Assembly: GCA_964016885.1 (NCBI GenBank)
Contig: OZ024742.1
Location: 18,352,001-18,416,000 of the forward strand
DNA length: 64,000 bases
Origin: Eledone cirrhosa
Lineage: Eukaryota
Reading direction: 5' to 3'
The stretch's first letter is position 1. Every line of letters begins with the position of its first letter. A program made the translations under genes and the position numbers. This document shows positions 11,901-27,100 of the stretch, piece by piece. Under the pieces are notes generated by a model. That model was not told the origin of the DNA and did no database searches. It was given only the letters and a program-made list of their open reading frames with translations.

Positions 11901-14890
11901 TACTACGTCTTTTGACAATAGAGACGAAGGGTTGCGACTTACTACGTCTCTTGACAGTAGAGTCGAAGTGTTGCGACTTACTACGTCTTTTGATAGTAGA
12001 GACGAAGGGTTGCGACTTACTGCGTCTCTTGACAATAGAGACGAAGGGTTGGGACTTACTACGTCTTTTAACAGTAGAGACGAAGTGTTGCGACTTACTA
12101 CATCTTTTGACAGTAGAGACGAAGTGTTGCGACTTACTACATCTTTTGACAGTAGAGACGAAGGGTTGCGACTTACTACGTCTTTTGACAATAGAGACGA
12201 AGGGTTGCGACTTACTACGTCTCTTGACAATAGAGACGAAGTGTTGTGACTTACTACGTCTCTTGACAATAGAGACGAAGGGTTGCGACTTACTACGTTT
12301 CTTGACAATGGAGACGAAGTGTTGCGACTTACTACGTCTCTTGACAATGGAGACGAAGGGTTGCGGCGTACTACGTCTCTTGACAATAGAGACGAAGGGT
12401 TGCGACTTACTACGTCTCTTGACAATAGAGACGAAGGGTTGCGACTTACTACGTCTCTTGACAATAGAGACGAAGGGTTGCGACTTACTACGCCTCTTGA
12501 CAATAGAGACGAAGGGTTGCGACTTACTACGTCTCTTGACAGTAGAGACGAAGGGTTGCGACTTACTACGTCTCTTGACAGTAGGGACGAAGGGTTACGA
12601 CTTACTACGTCTCTTGACAATAGAGACGAAGGGTTGCGACTTACTACGTCTCTTGACAATAGAAACGAAGGGTTACGACTTACTACGTCTCTTGACAGTA
12701 GAGACGAAGGGTTGCGACTTACTACGTCTCTTGACAGTAGAGACGAAGGGTTACAACTTACTACGTCTCTTGACAGTAGAGACGAAGGGTTGCTACTTAC
12801 TACGTCTCTTGATAATAGAGACGTAGGGTTACGACTTACTACGTCTCTTGACATTAGAGACGAAGGGTTGCGACTTACTACGTCTCTTGACAGTAGAGAC
12901 GAACGGTTGCGACTTACTACGTCTCTTGACAATAGAGACGAATGGTTGCGACTTACTACGTCTCTTGATAGTAGAGAGGAAGGGTTACGACTTACTACGT
13001 CTCTTGACAATAGAGACGAACGGTTGCGACTTACTACGTCTCTTGACAGTAGAGACGAAGGGTTACGACTTACTACGTCTCTTGACAGTAGGGACGAAGG
13101 GTTGCGACTTACTACGTCTCCTGACAATAGAGACGAAGGGTTGCGACTTACTACGTCTCTTGACAGTAGGGACGAAGGGTTGCGACTTACTACGTCTCTT
13201 GACAATAGAGACGAAGGGTTGCGACTTACTACGTCTCTTGACAGTAGGGACGAAGGGTTGCGACTTACTACGTCTCTTGACAATAGAGACGAAGGGTTGC
13301 GACTTACTACGTCTCTTGACAGTAGGGACGAAGGGTTGCGACTTACTACGTCTCTTGACAATAGAGACGAAGGGTTGCGACTTACTACGTCTCTTGACAG
13401 TAGAGACGAAGGGTTGCGACTTACTACGTCTCTTGACAATAGAGACGAACGGTTGCGACTTACTACGTCTCTTGACAATAGAGACGAAGGGTTGCGACTT
13501 ACTACGTCTCTTGACAGTAGAGACGAAGGGTTACGACTTACTACGTCTCTTGACAATAGAGACGAAGGGTTGCGACTTACTACGTCTCTTGACAATAGAG
13601 ACGAAGGGTTACGACTTACTACGTCTCTTGACAATAGAGACGAAGGGTTGCGACTTACTACGTCTCTTGACAGTAGAGACGAAGGGTTACGACTTACTAC
13701 GTCTCTTGACAGTAGAGACGAAGGGTTGCGACTTACTACGTCTCTTGACAGTAGAGACGAAGGCTTGCGACTTACTACGTCTCTTGACAGTAGAGACGAA
13801 GGGTTGCGACTTACTACGTCTCTTGACAGTAGAGACGAAGGGTTGCGACTTACTACGTCTCTTGACAATAGAGACGAAGGGTTGCGATTTACTACGTCTC
13901 TTGACAGTAGAGACGAAGGGTTGCGACTTACTACGTCTCTTGACAGTAGAGACGAAGGGTTACGACTTACTACGTCTCTTGACAGTAGAGACGAAGGGTT
14001 ACGACTTACTACGTCTCTTGACAGTAGAGACGAAGGGTTCTGACTTACTACGTCTCTTGACAGTAGAGACGAAGGGTTGCGACTTACTACATCTCTTGAC
14101 AGTAGAGACGAAGTGTTGCGACTTACTACGTCTTTTGACAGTAGAGACGAAGTGTTGCGACTTACTACGTCTTTTGACAATAGAGACGAAGGGTTGCGAC
14201 TTACTACGTCTCTTGACAGTAGAGACGAGGTGTTGCGACTTACTACGTCTTTTGACAATAGAGACGAAGGGTTGCGACTTACTACGTCTCTTGACAGTAG
14301 AGACGAAGTGTTGCGACTTACTACGTCTTTTGACAGTAGAGACGAAGGGTTGCGACTTACTACGTCTTTTGACAGTAGAGACGAAGTGTTGCGACTTACT
14401 ACGTCTTTTGACAGTAGAGACGAAGTGTTGCGACTTACTACGTCTTTTGACAGTAGAGACGAAGTGTTGCGACTTACTACGTCTCTTGACAATAGAGACG
14501 AAGTGTTGCGACTTACTACGTCTTTTGACAGTAGAGACGAAGTGTTGCGACTTACTACGTCTTTTGACAGTACAGACGAAGTGTTGCGACTTACTACGTC
14601 TTTTGACAATAGAGACGAAGGGTTGCGACTTACTACGTCTCTTGACAGTAGAGTCGAAGTGTTGCGACTTACTACGTCTTTTGATAGTAGAGACGAAGGG
14701 TTGCGACTTACTGCGTCTCTTGATAATAGAGACGAAGGGTTGGGACTTACTACGTCTTTTAACAGTAGAGACGAAGTGTTGCGACTTACTACATCTTTTG
14801 ACAGTAGAGACGAAGTGTTGCGACTTACTACGTCTTTTGACAGTAGAGACAAAGGGTTGCGACTTACTACGTCTTTTGACAATAGAGACG
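2995..14890. repeat. Five dispersed blocks of a GAAGTGTTG / TCTTTTGAC monomer subfamily (about 2995-4120, 5260-6000, 7950-8720, 11420-12330, 14110-14890)
   Basis: Each block is rich in G2>T and C22>T units and carries the same ordered rare markers: GAGTCGAAGTG (GTC at 3697, 5764, 8492, 11962, 14653), then TTGATAG, ACTGCG and TTGGGAC...TTTTAAC. Confidence 0.9.
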
Positions 14891-14934
14891 AAGGGTTGCG
14901 ACTTACTACGTCTCTTGACAATAGAGACGAAGAG
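9553..14934. repeat. Tandem duplication of a 69-unit (2691-bp) block, 2 copies
   Basis: ORF-track boundaries 9592/12283, 10157/12848 and 11386/14077, and markers 11962/14653, are all offset by 2691 = 69x39. Confidence 0.92.
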
Positions 14935-15189
14935 TTGCGACTTACTACGTCTCTTGACAGTAGAGACGAAGGGTTGCGACTTACTACGTCTCTTGATAAT
15001 AGAGACGAAGGGTTGCGACTTACTACGTCTCTTGACAGTAGAGACGAAGGGTTGCGACTTACTACGTCTCTTGATAGTAGATACGAACGGTTGCGACTTA
15101 CTACGTCTCTTGACAATAGAGACGAAGGGTTGCGACTTACTACGTCTCTTGACAATGGAGACGAAGGGTTGCGACTTACTACGTCTCTT

Positions 15190-18100
15190 GTAATGGAGAC
15201 GAAGGGTTGCGACTTACTACGTCTCTTGACAATGGAGACGAAGGGTTACAACTTACTACGTCTCTTGACAGTAGAGACGAAAGGTTGCGACTTACTACGT
15301 CTCTTGACAGTAGGGACGAAGGGTTGCGACTTACTACGTCTCTTGACAATAGAGACGAACGGTTGCGACTTACTACGTCTCTTGACAATAGAGACGAAGG
15401 GTTACGACTTACTACGTCTCTTGACAATAGAGACGAAGGGTTGCGACTTACTACGTCTCTGGACAATAGAGACGAAGGGTTGCGACTTACTACGTCTCTT
15501 TACAGTAGAGACGAAGGGTTGCGACTTACTACGTCTCTTGACAGTAGAGACGAAGGGTTACGACTTACTACGTCTCTTGACAATAGAGACGAAGGGTTGT
15601 GACTTACTACGTCTCTTGACAATAGAGACGAAGGGTTGCGACTTACTACGTCTCTTGACAATGGAGACGAAGGGTTGCGACTTACTACGTCTCTTGACAA
15701 TGGAGACGAAGGGTTGCGGCGTACTACGTCTCTTGACAATAGAGACGAAGGGTTGCGACTTACTACGTCTCTTGACAATAGAGACGAAGGGTTGCGACTT
15801 ACTACGTCTCTTGACAATAGAGACGAAGGGTTGCGACTTACTACGCCTCTTGACAATAGAGACGAAGGGTTGCGACTTACTACGTCTCTTGACAATAGAA
15901 ACGAAGGGTTACGACTTACTACGTCTCTTGACAGTAGAGACAAAGGGTTGTGACTTACTACGTCTCTTGACAATAGAGACGAAGGGTTGCGACTTACTAC
16001 GTCTCTTGACAGTAGAGACGAAGGGTTGCGACTTACTACGTCTCTTGACAGTAGAGACGAAGGGTTGCGACTTACTACGTCTCTTGACAATTGAGACGAA
16101 GGGTTTCGACTTACTACGTCTCTTGACAGTAGAGACGAAGGGTTGCGACTTACTACGTCTCTTGACAGTAGAGACGAAGGGTTACGACTTACTACGTCTC
16201 TTGACAATAGAGACGAAGGGTTACGACTTACTACGTCTCTTGACAATAGAGACGAAGGGTTACGACTTACTACGTCTCTTGACAATAGAGACGAAGGGTT
16301 GCGACTTACTACGTCTCTTGACAGTAGAGACGAAGGGTTGCGACTTACTACGTCTCTTGACAATAGAGATGAAGGGTTACGACTTACTACGTCTCTTGAC
16401 AGTAGAGACGAAGGGTTGCGACTTACTACGTCTCTTGACAATAGAGACGAAGGGTTGCGACTTACTACGTCTCTTGACAGTAGACACGAAGGGTTGCGAC
16501 TTACTACGTCTCTTGACAATAGAGACGAAGGGTTGCGACTTACTACGTCTCTTGACAGTAGAGACGAAGGGTTGCGACTTACTACGTCTCTTGACAGTAG
16601 AGACGAAGGGTTGCGACTTACTACGTCTCTTGACAGTAGGGGCGAAGGGTTACGACTTACTACGTCTCTTGACAATAGAGACGAAGGGTTGCGACTTACT
16701 ACGTCTCTTGACAGTAGGGACGAAGGGTTACGACTTACTACGTCTCTTGACAAAAGAGACGAAGGGTTGCGACTTACTACGTCTCTTGACAATCGAGACG
16801 AAGGGTTGCGACTTACTACGTCTCTTGACAGTAGAGACGAAGGGTTACGACTAACTACGTCTCTTGACAGTAGAGACGAAGGGTTGCGACTTACTACGTC
16901 TCTTGACAGTAGAGACGAAGGGTTACGACTTACTACGTCTCTTGACAATAGAGACGATGGGTTGCGACTTACTACGTCTCTTGACAATAGAGACGAAGGG
17001 TTACGACTTACTACGTCTCTTGACAATAGAGACGAAGGGTTGCGACTTACTACGTCTCTTGACAGTAGAGACGAACGGTTGCGACTTACTACGTCTCTTG
17101 ACAATAGAGACGAAGGGTTACGACTTACTACGTCTCTTGACAATAGAGACGAAGGGTTGCGACTTACTACGTCTCTTGAGAGTAGAGACGAAGGGTTGCG
17201 ACTTACCACGTCTCTTGACAGTAGAGACGAAGGGTTGCGACTTACTACGTCTCTTGACAGTAGAGACGAAGGGTTGCGACTTACTACATCTCTTGACAAT
17301 AGAGACGAAGGGTTGCGACTTACTACGTCTCTTGACAATAGAGACGAAGGGTTACGACTTACTACGTCTCTTGACAATAGAGACGAAGGGTTGCGACTTA
17401 CTACGTCTCTTGAGAGTAGAGACGAAGGGTTGCGACTTACTACGTCTCTTGACAATAGAGACGAAGGGTTACGACTTACTACGTCTCTTGACAATAGAGA
17501 CGAAGGGTTACGACTTACTACGTCTCTTGACAATAGAGACGAAGGGTTGCGACTTACTACGTCTCTTGACAATAGAGACGAAGGGTTGCGACTTACTACG
17601 TCTCTTTACAATAGAGACGAAGGGTTACGACTTACTACGTCTCTTGACAATAGAGACGAAGGGTTGCGACTTACTACGTCTCTTGACAATGGAGACGAAG
17701 GGTTACGACTTACTACGTCTTTTGACAGTAGAGACGAAGGGTTGCGACTTACTACGTCTTTTGACAATAGAGACGAAGGGTTGCGACTTACTACGTCTCT
17801 TGACAATAGAGACGAAGGGTTGCGACTTACTACGTCTCTTGACAATGGAGACGAAGGGTTACGACTTACTACGTCTTTTGACAGTAGAGACGAAGGGTTG
17901 CGACTTACTACGTCTTTTGACAATAGAGACGAAGGGTTGCGACTTACTACGTCTCTTGACAATAGAGACGAAGGGTTGCGACTTACTACGTCTCTTGATA
18001 GTAGATACGAACGGTTGCGACTTACTACGTCTCTTGACAATAGAGACGAAGGGTTGCGACTTACTACGTCTCTTGACAATGGAGACGAAGGGTTACGACT

Positions 18101-21100
18101 TACTACGTCTCTTGACAATAGAGACGAAGGGTTGCGACTTACTACGTCTTTTGACAATAGAGACGAAGGGTTGCGACTTACTACGTCTCTTGACAATAGA
18201 GACGAAGGGTTGCGACTTACTACGTCTCTTGATAGTAGATACGAACGGTTGCGACTTACTACGTCTCTTGACAATAGAGACGAAGGGTTGCGACTTACTA
18301 CGTCTCTTGTAATGGAGACGAAGGGTTGCGACTTACTACGTCTCTTGACAATGGAGACGAAGGGTTACAACTTACTACGTCTCTTGACAATAGAGACGAA
18401 GGGTTGCGACTTACTACGTCTCTTGACAATAGGGACGAAGGGTTGCGACTTACTACGTCTCTTGACAATGGAGACGAAGGGTTACAACTTACTACGTCTC
18501 TTGACAATAGAGACGAAGGGTTGCGACTTACTACGTCTCTTGACAATAGTGACGAAGGGTTACGACTTACTACGTCTCTTGACAGTAGAGACGAAGGGTT
18601 GCGACTTACTACGTCTCTTGACAATAGAGACGAAGGGTTGCGACTTACTACGTCTCTTGACAGTAGAGACGAAGGGTTGCGACTTACTACGTCTCTTGAC
18701 AATAGAGACGAACGGTTGCGACTTACTACGTCTCTTGACAATAGAGACGATGGGTTGCGACTTACTACGTCTCTTGACAGTAGAGACGAACGGTTGCGAC
18801 TTACTACGTCTCTTGACAGTAGGGACGAAGGGTTGCGACTTACTACGTCTCTTGACAATAGAGACGAACGGTTGCGACTTACTACGTCTCTTGACAATAG
18901 AGACGATGGGTTGCGACTTACTACGTCTCTTGACAGTAGGGACGAAGGGTTGCGACTTACTACGTCTCTTGACAATAGAGACGAACGGTTGCGACTTACT
19001 ACGTCTCTTGACAGTAGGGACGAAGGGTTGCGACTTACTACGTCTCTTGACAATAGAGACGAAAGGTTGCGACTTACTACGTCTCTTGACAGTAGGGACG
19101 AAGGGTTGCGACTTACTACGTCTCTTGACAATAGAGACGAACGGTTGCGACTTACTACGTCTCTTGACAATAGAGACGATGGGTTGCGACTTACTACGTC
19201 TCTTGACAGTAGAGACGAAGGGTTACGACTTACTACGTCTCTTGACAATAGAGACGATGGGTTGCGACTTACTACGTCTCTTGACAATAGAGACGAAGGG
19301 TTACGACTTACTACGTCTCTTGACAATAGAGACGAAGGGTTGCGACTTACTACGTCTCTTGACAATAGAGACGAACGGTTGCGACTTACTACGTCTCTTG
19401 ACAATAGAGACGATGGGTTGCGACTTACTACGTCTCTTGACAGTAGAGACGAAGGGTTACGACTTACTACGTCTCTTGACAATAGAGACGATGGGTTGCG
19501 ACTTACTACGTCTCTTGACAATAGAGACGAAGGGTTACGACTTACTACGTCTCTTGACAATAGAGACGAAGGGTTGCGACTTACTACGTCTCTGGACAAT
19601 AGAGACGAAGGGTTGCGACTTACTACGTCTCTTGACAGTAGAGACGAAGGGTTGCGACTTACTACGTCTCTTGACAGTAGAGACGAAGGGTTACGACTTA
19701 CTACGTCTCTTGACAATAGAGACGAAGGGTTGTGACTTACTACGTCTCTTGACAATAGAGACGAAGGGTTGCGACTTACTACGTCTCTTGACAATGGAGA
19801 CGAAGGGTTGCGACTTACTACGTCTCTTGACAATGGAGACGAAGGGTTGCGGCGTACTACGTCTCTTGACAATAGAGACGAAGGGTTGCGACTTACTACG
19901 TCTCTTGACAATAGAGACGAAGGGTTGCGACTTACTACGTCTCTTGACAATAGAGACGAAGGGTTGCGACTTACTACGCCTCTTGACAATAGAGACGAAG
20001 GGTTGCGACTTACTACGTCTCTTGACAATAGAAACGAAGGGTTACGACTTACTACGTCTCTTGACAGTAGAGACAAAGGGTTGCGACTTACTACGTCTCT
20101 TGACAATAGAGACGAAGGGTTGCGACTTACTACGTCTCTTGACAGTAGAGACGAAGGGTTGCGACTTACTACGTCTCTTGACAGTAGAGACGAAGGGTTG
20201 CGACTTACTACGTCTCTTGACAATTGAGACGAAGGGTTTCGACTTACTACGTCTCTTGACAGTAGAGACGAAGGGTTGCGACTTACTACGTCTCTTGACA
20301 GTAGAGACGAAGGGTTACGACTTACTACGTCTCTTGACAATAGAGACGAAGGGTTACGACTTACTACGTCTCTTGACAATAGAGACGAAGGGTTACGACT
20401 TACTACGTCTCTTGACAATAGAGACGAAGGGTTGCGACTTACTACGTCTCTTGACAGTAGAGACGAAGGGTTGCGACTTACTACGTCTCTTGACAATAGA
20501 GATGAAGGGTTACGACTTACTACGTCTCTTGACAGTAGAGACGAAGGGTTGCGACTTACTACGTCTCTTGACAATAGAGACGAAGGGTTGCGACTTACTA
20601 CGTCTCTTGACAGTAGACACGAAGGGATGCGACTTACTACGTCTCTTGACAATAGAGACGAAGGGTTGCGACTTACTACGTCTCTTGACAGTAGGGACGA
20701 AGGGTTACGACTTACTACGTCTCTTGACAAAAGAGACGAAGGGTTGCGACTTACTACGTCTCTTGACAATCGAGACGAAGGGTTGCGACTTACTACGTCT
20801 CTTGACAGTAGAGACGAAGGGTTACGACTAACTACGTCTCTTGACAGTAGAGACGAAGGGTTGCGACTTACTACGTCTCTTGACAGTAGAGACGAAGGGT
20901 TACGACTTACTACGTCTCTTGACAATAGAGACGATGGGTTGCGACTTACTACGTCTCTTGACAATAGAGACGAAGGGTTACGACTTACTACGTCTCTTGA
21001 CAATAGAGACGAAGGGTTGCGACTTACTACGTCTCTTGACAGTAGAGACGAACGGTTGCGACTTACTACGTCTCTTGACAATAGAGACGAAGAGTTGCGA

Positions 21101-24100
21101 CTTACTACGTCTCTTGACAGTAGAGACGAAGGGTTGCGACTTACTACGTCTCTTGATAATAGAGACGAAGGGTTGCGACTTACTACGTCTCTTGACAGTA
21201 GAGACGAAGGGTTGCGACTTACTACGTCTCTTGATAGTAGATACGAACGGTTGCGACTTACTACGTCTCTTGACAATAGAGACGAAGGGTTGCGACTTAC
21301 TACGTCTCTTGACAGTAGACACGAAGGGTTGCGACTTACTACGTCTCTTGACAATAGAGACGAAGGGTTGCGACTTACTACGTCTCTTGTCAGTAGAGAC
21401 GAAGGGTTGCGACTTACTACGTCTCTTGACAATAGAGACGAAGGGTTGCGACTTACTACGTCTCTTGACAATAGAGACGAAGGGTTGCGACTTACTACGC
21501 CTCTTGACAATAGAGACGAAGGGTTGCGACTTACTACGTCTCTTGACAATAGAAACGAAGGGTTACGACTTACTACGTCTCTTGACAGTAGAGACAAAGG
21601 GTTGCGACTTACTACGTCTCTTGACAATAGAGACGAAGGGTTGCGACTTACTACGTCTCTTGACAGTAGAGACGAAGGGTTGCGACTTACTACGTCTCTT
21701 GACAGTAGAGACGAAGGGTTGCGACTTACTACGTCCCTTGACAATTGAGACGAAGGGTTTCGACTTACTACGTCTCTTGACAGTAGAGACGAAGGGTTGC
21801 GACTTACTACGTCTCTTGACAGTAGAGACGAAGGGTTACGACTTACTACGTCTCTTGACAATAGAGACGAAGGGTTACGACTTACTACGTCTCTTGACAA
21901 TAGAGACGAAGGGTTACGACTTACTACGTCTCTTGACAATAGAGACGAAGGGTTGCGACTTACTACGTCTCTTGACAGTAGAGACGAAGGGTTGCGACTT
22001 ACTACGTCTCTTGACAATAGAGATGAAGGGTTACGACTTACTACGTCTCTTGACAGTAGAGACGAAGGGTTGCGACTTACTACGTCTCTTGACAATAGAG
22101 ACGAAGGGTTGCGACTTACTACGTCTCTTGACAGTAGACACGAAGGGTTGCGACTTACTACGTCTCTTGACAATAGAGACGAAGGGTTGCGACTTACTAC
22201 GTCTCTTGACAGTAGAGACGAAGGGTTGCGACTTACTACGTCTCTTGACAGTAGAGACGAAGGGTTGCGACTTACTACGTCTCTTGACAGTAGGGGCGAA
22301 GGGTTACGACTTACTACGTCTCTTGACAATAGAGACGAAGGGTTGCGACTTACTACGTCTCTTGACAGTAGGGACGAAGGGTTACGACTTACTACGTCTC
22401 TTGACAAAAGAGACGAAGGGTTGCGACTTACTACGTCTCTTGACAATCGAGACGAAGGGTTGCGACTTACTACGTCTCTTGACAGTAGAGACGAAGGGTT
22501 ACGACTAACTACGTCTCTTGACAGTAGAGACGAAGGGTTGCGACTTACTACGTCTCTTGACAGTAGAGACGAAGGGTTACGACTTACTACGTCTCTTGAC
22601 AATAGAGACGATGGGTTGCGACTTACTACGTCTCTTGACAATAGAGACGAAGGGTTACGACTTACTACGTCTCTTGACAATAGAGACGAAGGGTTGCGAC
22701 TTACTACGTCTCTTGACAGTAGAGACGAACGGTTGCGACTTACTACGTCTCTTGACAATAGAGACGAAGAGTTGCGACTTACTACGTCTCTTGACAGTAG
22801 AGACGAAGGGTTGCGACTTACTACGTCTCTTGATAATAGAGACGAAGGGTTGCGACTTACTACGTCTCTTGACAGTAGAGACGAAGGGTTGCGACTTACT
22901 ACGTCTCTTGATAGTAGATACGAACGGTTGCGACTTACTACGTCTCTTGACAATAGAGACGAAGGGTTGCGACTTACTACGTCTCTTGACAATGGAGACG
23001 AAGGGTTGCGACTTACTACGTCTCTTGTAATGGAGACGAAGGGTTGCGACTTACTACGTCTCTTGACAATGGAGACGAAGGGTTACAACTTACTACGTCT
23101 CTTGACAATAGGGACGAAGGGTTACGACTTACTACGTCTCTTGACAATAGAGACGAAGGGTTACGACTTACTACGTCTCTTGACAGTAGAGACGAAAGGT
23201 TGCGACTTACTACGTCTCTTGACAGTAGGGACGAAGGGTTGCGACTTACTACGTCTCTTGACAGTAGGGACGAAGGGTTGCGACTTACTACGTCTCTTGA
23301 CAATAGAGACGAACGGTTGCGACTTACTACGTCTCTTGACAGTAGAGACGAAAGGTTGCGACTTACTACGTCTCTTGACAGTAGGGACGAAGGGTTGCGA
23401 CTTACTACGTCTCTTGACAATAGAGACGAACGGTTGCGACTTACTACGTCTCTTGACAGTAGGGACGAAGGGTTACGACTTACTACGTCTCTTGACAGTA
23501 GAGACGAAAGGTTGCGACTTACTACGTCTCTTGACAGTAGGGACGAAGGGTTGCGACTTACTACGTCTCTTGACAATAGAGACGAACGGTTGCGACTTAC
23601 TACGTCTCTTGACAATAGAGACGAAGGGTTACGACTTACTACGTCTCTTGACAATAGAGACGAAGGGTTGCGACTTACTACGTCTCTGGACAATAGAGAC
23701 GAAGGGTTGCGACTTACTACGTCTCTTGACAGTAGAGACGAAGGGTTGCGACTTACTACGTCTCTTGACAGTAGAGACGAAGGGTTACGACTTACTACGT
23801 CTCTTGACAATAGAGACGAAGGGTTGTGACTTACTACGTCTCTTGACAATAGAGACGAAGGGTTGCGACTTACTACGTCTCTTGACAATGGAGACGAAGG
23901 GTTGCGACTTACTACGTCTCTTGACAATGGAGACGAAGGGTTGCGGCGTACTACGTCTCTTGACAATAGAGACGAAGGGTTGCGACTTACTACGTCTCTT
24001 GACAATAGAGACGAAGGGTTGCGACTTACTACGTCTCTTGACAATAGAGACGAAGGGTTGCGACTTACTACGCCTCTTGACAATAGAGACGAAGGGTTGC

Positions 24101-27100
24101 GACTTACTACGTCTCTTGACAATAGAAACGAAGGGTTACGACTTACTACGTCTCTTGACAGTAGAGACAAAGGGTTGCGACTTACTACGTCTCTTGACAA
24201 TAGAGACGAAGGGTTGCGACTTACCACGTCTCTTGACAGTAGAGACGAAGGGTTGCGACTTACTACGTCTCTTGACAGTAGAGACGAAGGGTTGCGACTT
24301 ACTACGTCTCTTGACAATTGAGACGAAGGGTTTCGACTTACTACGTCTCTTGACAGTAGAGACGAAGGGTTGCGACTTACTACGTCTCTTGACAGTAGAG
24401 ACGAAGGGTTACGACTTACTACGTCTCTTGACAATAGAGACGAAGGGTTACGACTTACTACGTCTCTTGACAATAGAGACGAAGGGTTACGACTTACTAC
24501 GTCTCTTGACAATAGAGACGAAGGGTTGCGACTTACTACGTCTCTTGACAGTAGAGACGAAGGGTTGCGACTTACTACGTCTCTTGACAATAGAGATGAA
24601 GGGTTACGACTTACTACGTCTCTTGACAGTAGAGACGAAGGGTTGCGACTTACTACGTCTCTTGACAATAGAGACGAAGGGTTGCGACTTACTACGTCTC
24701 TTGACAGTAGACACGAAGGGATGCGACTTACTACGTCTCTTGACAATAGAGACGAAGGGTTGCGACTTACTACGTCTCTTGACAGTAGAGACGAAGGGTT
24801 GCGACTTACTACGTCTCTTGACAGTAGAGACGAAGGGTTGCGACTTACTACGTCTCTTGACAGTAGGGGCGAAGGGTTACGACTTACTACGTCTCTTGAC
24901 AATAGAGACGAAGGGTTGCGACTTACTACGTCTCTTGACAGTAGGGACGAAGGGTTACGACTTACTACGTCTCTTGACAAAAGAGACGAAGGGTTGCGAC
25001 TTACTACGTCTCTTGACAATCGAGACGAAGGGTTGCGACTTACTACGTCTCTTGACAGTAGAGACGAAGGGTTACGACTAACTACGTCTCTTGACAGTAG
25101 AGACGAAGGGTTGCGACTTACTACGTCTCTTGACAGTAGAGACGAAGGGTTACGACTTACTACGTCTCTTGACAATAGAGACGATGGGTTGCGACTTACT
25201 ACGTCTCTTGACAATAGAGACGAAGGGTTACGACTTACTACGTCTCTTGACAATAGAGACGAAGGGTTGCGACTTACTACGTCTCTTGACAGTAGAGACA
25301 AACGGTTGCGACTTACTACGTCTCTTGACAATAGAGACGAAGGGTTACGACTTACTACGTCTCTTGACAATAGAGACGAAGGGTTGCGACTTACTACGTC
25401 TCTTGAGAGTAGAGACGAAGGGTTGCGACTTACCACGTCTCTTGACAGTAGAGACGAAGGGTTGCGACTTACTACGTCTCTTGACAGTAGAGACGAAGGG
25501 TTGCGACTTACTACATCTCTTGACAATAGAGACGAAGGGTTGCGACTTACTACGTCTCTTGACAATAGAGACGAAGGGTTACGACTTACTACGTCTCTTG
25601 ACAATAGAGACGAAGGGTTGCGACTTACTACGTCTCTTGAGAGTAGAGACGAAGGGTTGCGACTTACTACGTCTCTTGACAGTAGAGACGAAGGGTTGCG
25701 ACTTACTACGTCTCTTGACAATAGAGACGAAGGGTTGCGACTTACTACGTCTCTTTACAATAGAGACGAAGGGTTACGACTTACTACGTCTCTTGACAAT
25801 AGAGACGAAGGGTTGCGACTTACTACGTCTCTTGACAATGGAGACGAAGGGTTACGACTTACTACGTCTTTTGACAGTAGAGACGAAGGGTTGCGACTTA
25901 CTACGTCTTTTGACAATAGAGACGAAGGGTTGCGACTTACTACGTCTCTTGACAATAGAGACGAAGGGTTGCGACTTACTACGTCTCTTGATAGTAGATA
26001 CGAACGGTTGCGACTTACTACGTCTCTTGACAATAGAGACGAAGGGTTGCGACTTACTACGTCTCTTGACAATGGAGACGAAGGGTTGCGACTTACTACG
26101 TCTCTTGTAATGGAGACGAAGGGTTGCGACTTACTACGTCTCTTGACAATGGAGACGAAGGGTTACAACTTACTACGTCTCTTGACAATAGGGACGAAGG
26201 GTTGCGACTTACTACGTCTCTTGACAGTAGAGACGAAAGGTTGCGACTTACTACGTCTCTTGACAGTAGAGACGAAAGGTTGCGACTTACTACGTCTCTT
26301 GACAGTAGGGACGAAGGGTTGCGACTTACTACGTCTCTTGACAATAGAGACGAACGGTTGCGACTTACTACGTCTCTTGACAATAGAGACGAAGGGTTAC
26401 GACTTACTACGTCTCTTGACAATAGAGACGAAGGGTTGCGACTTACTACGTCTCTGGACAATAGAGACGAAGGGTTGCGACTTACTACGTCTCTTGACAG
26501 TAGAGACGAAGGGTTGCGACTTACTACGTCTTTTGACAGTAGAGACGAAGGGTTACGACTTACTACGTCTCTTGACAATAGAGACGAAGGGTTGTGACTT
26601 ACTACGTCTCTTGACAATAGAGACGAAGGGTTGCGACTTACTACGTCTCTTGACAATGGAGACGAAGGGTTGCGACTTACTACGTCTCTTGACAATGGAG
26701 ACGAAGGGTTGCGGCGTACTACGTCTCTTGACAATAGAGACGAAGGGTTGCGACTTACTACGTCTCTTGACAATAGAGACGAAGGGTTGCGACTTACTAC
26801 GTCTCTTGACAATAGAGACGAAGGGTTGCGACTTACTACGCCTCTTGACAATAGAGACGAAGGGTTGCGACTTACTACGTCTCTTGACAATAGAAACGAA
26901 GGGTTACGACTTACTACGTCTCTTGACAGTAGAGACAAAGGGTTGCGACTTACTACGTCTCTTGACAATAGAGACGAAGGGTTGCGACTTACTACGTCTC
27001 TTGACAGTAGAGACGAATGGTTGCGACTTACTACGTCTCTTGACAGTAGAGACGAAGGGTTGCGACTTACTACGTCTCTTGACAATTGAGACGAAGGGTT

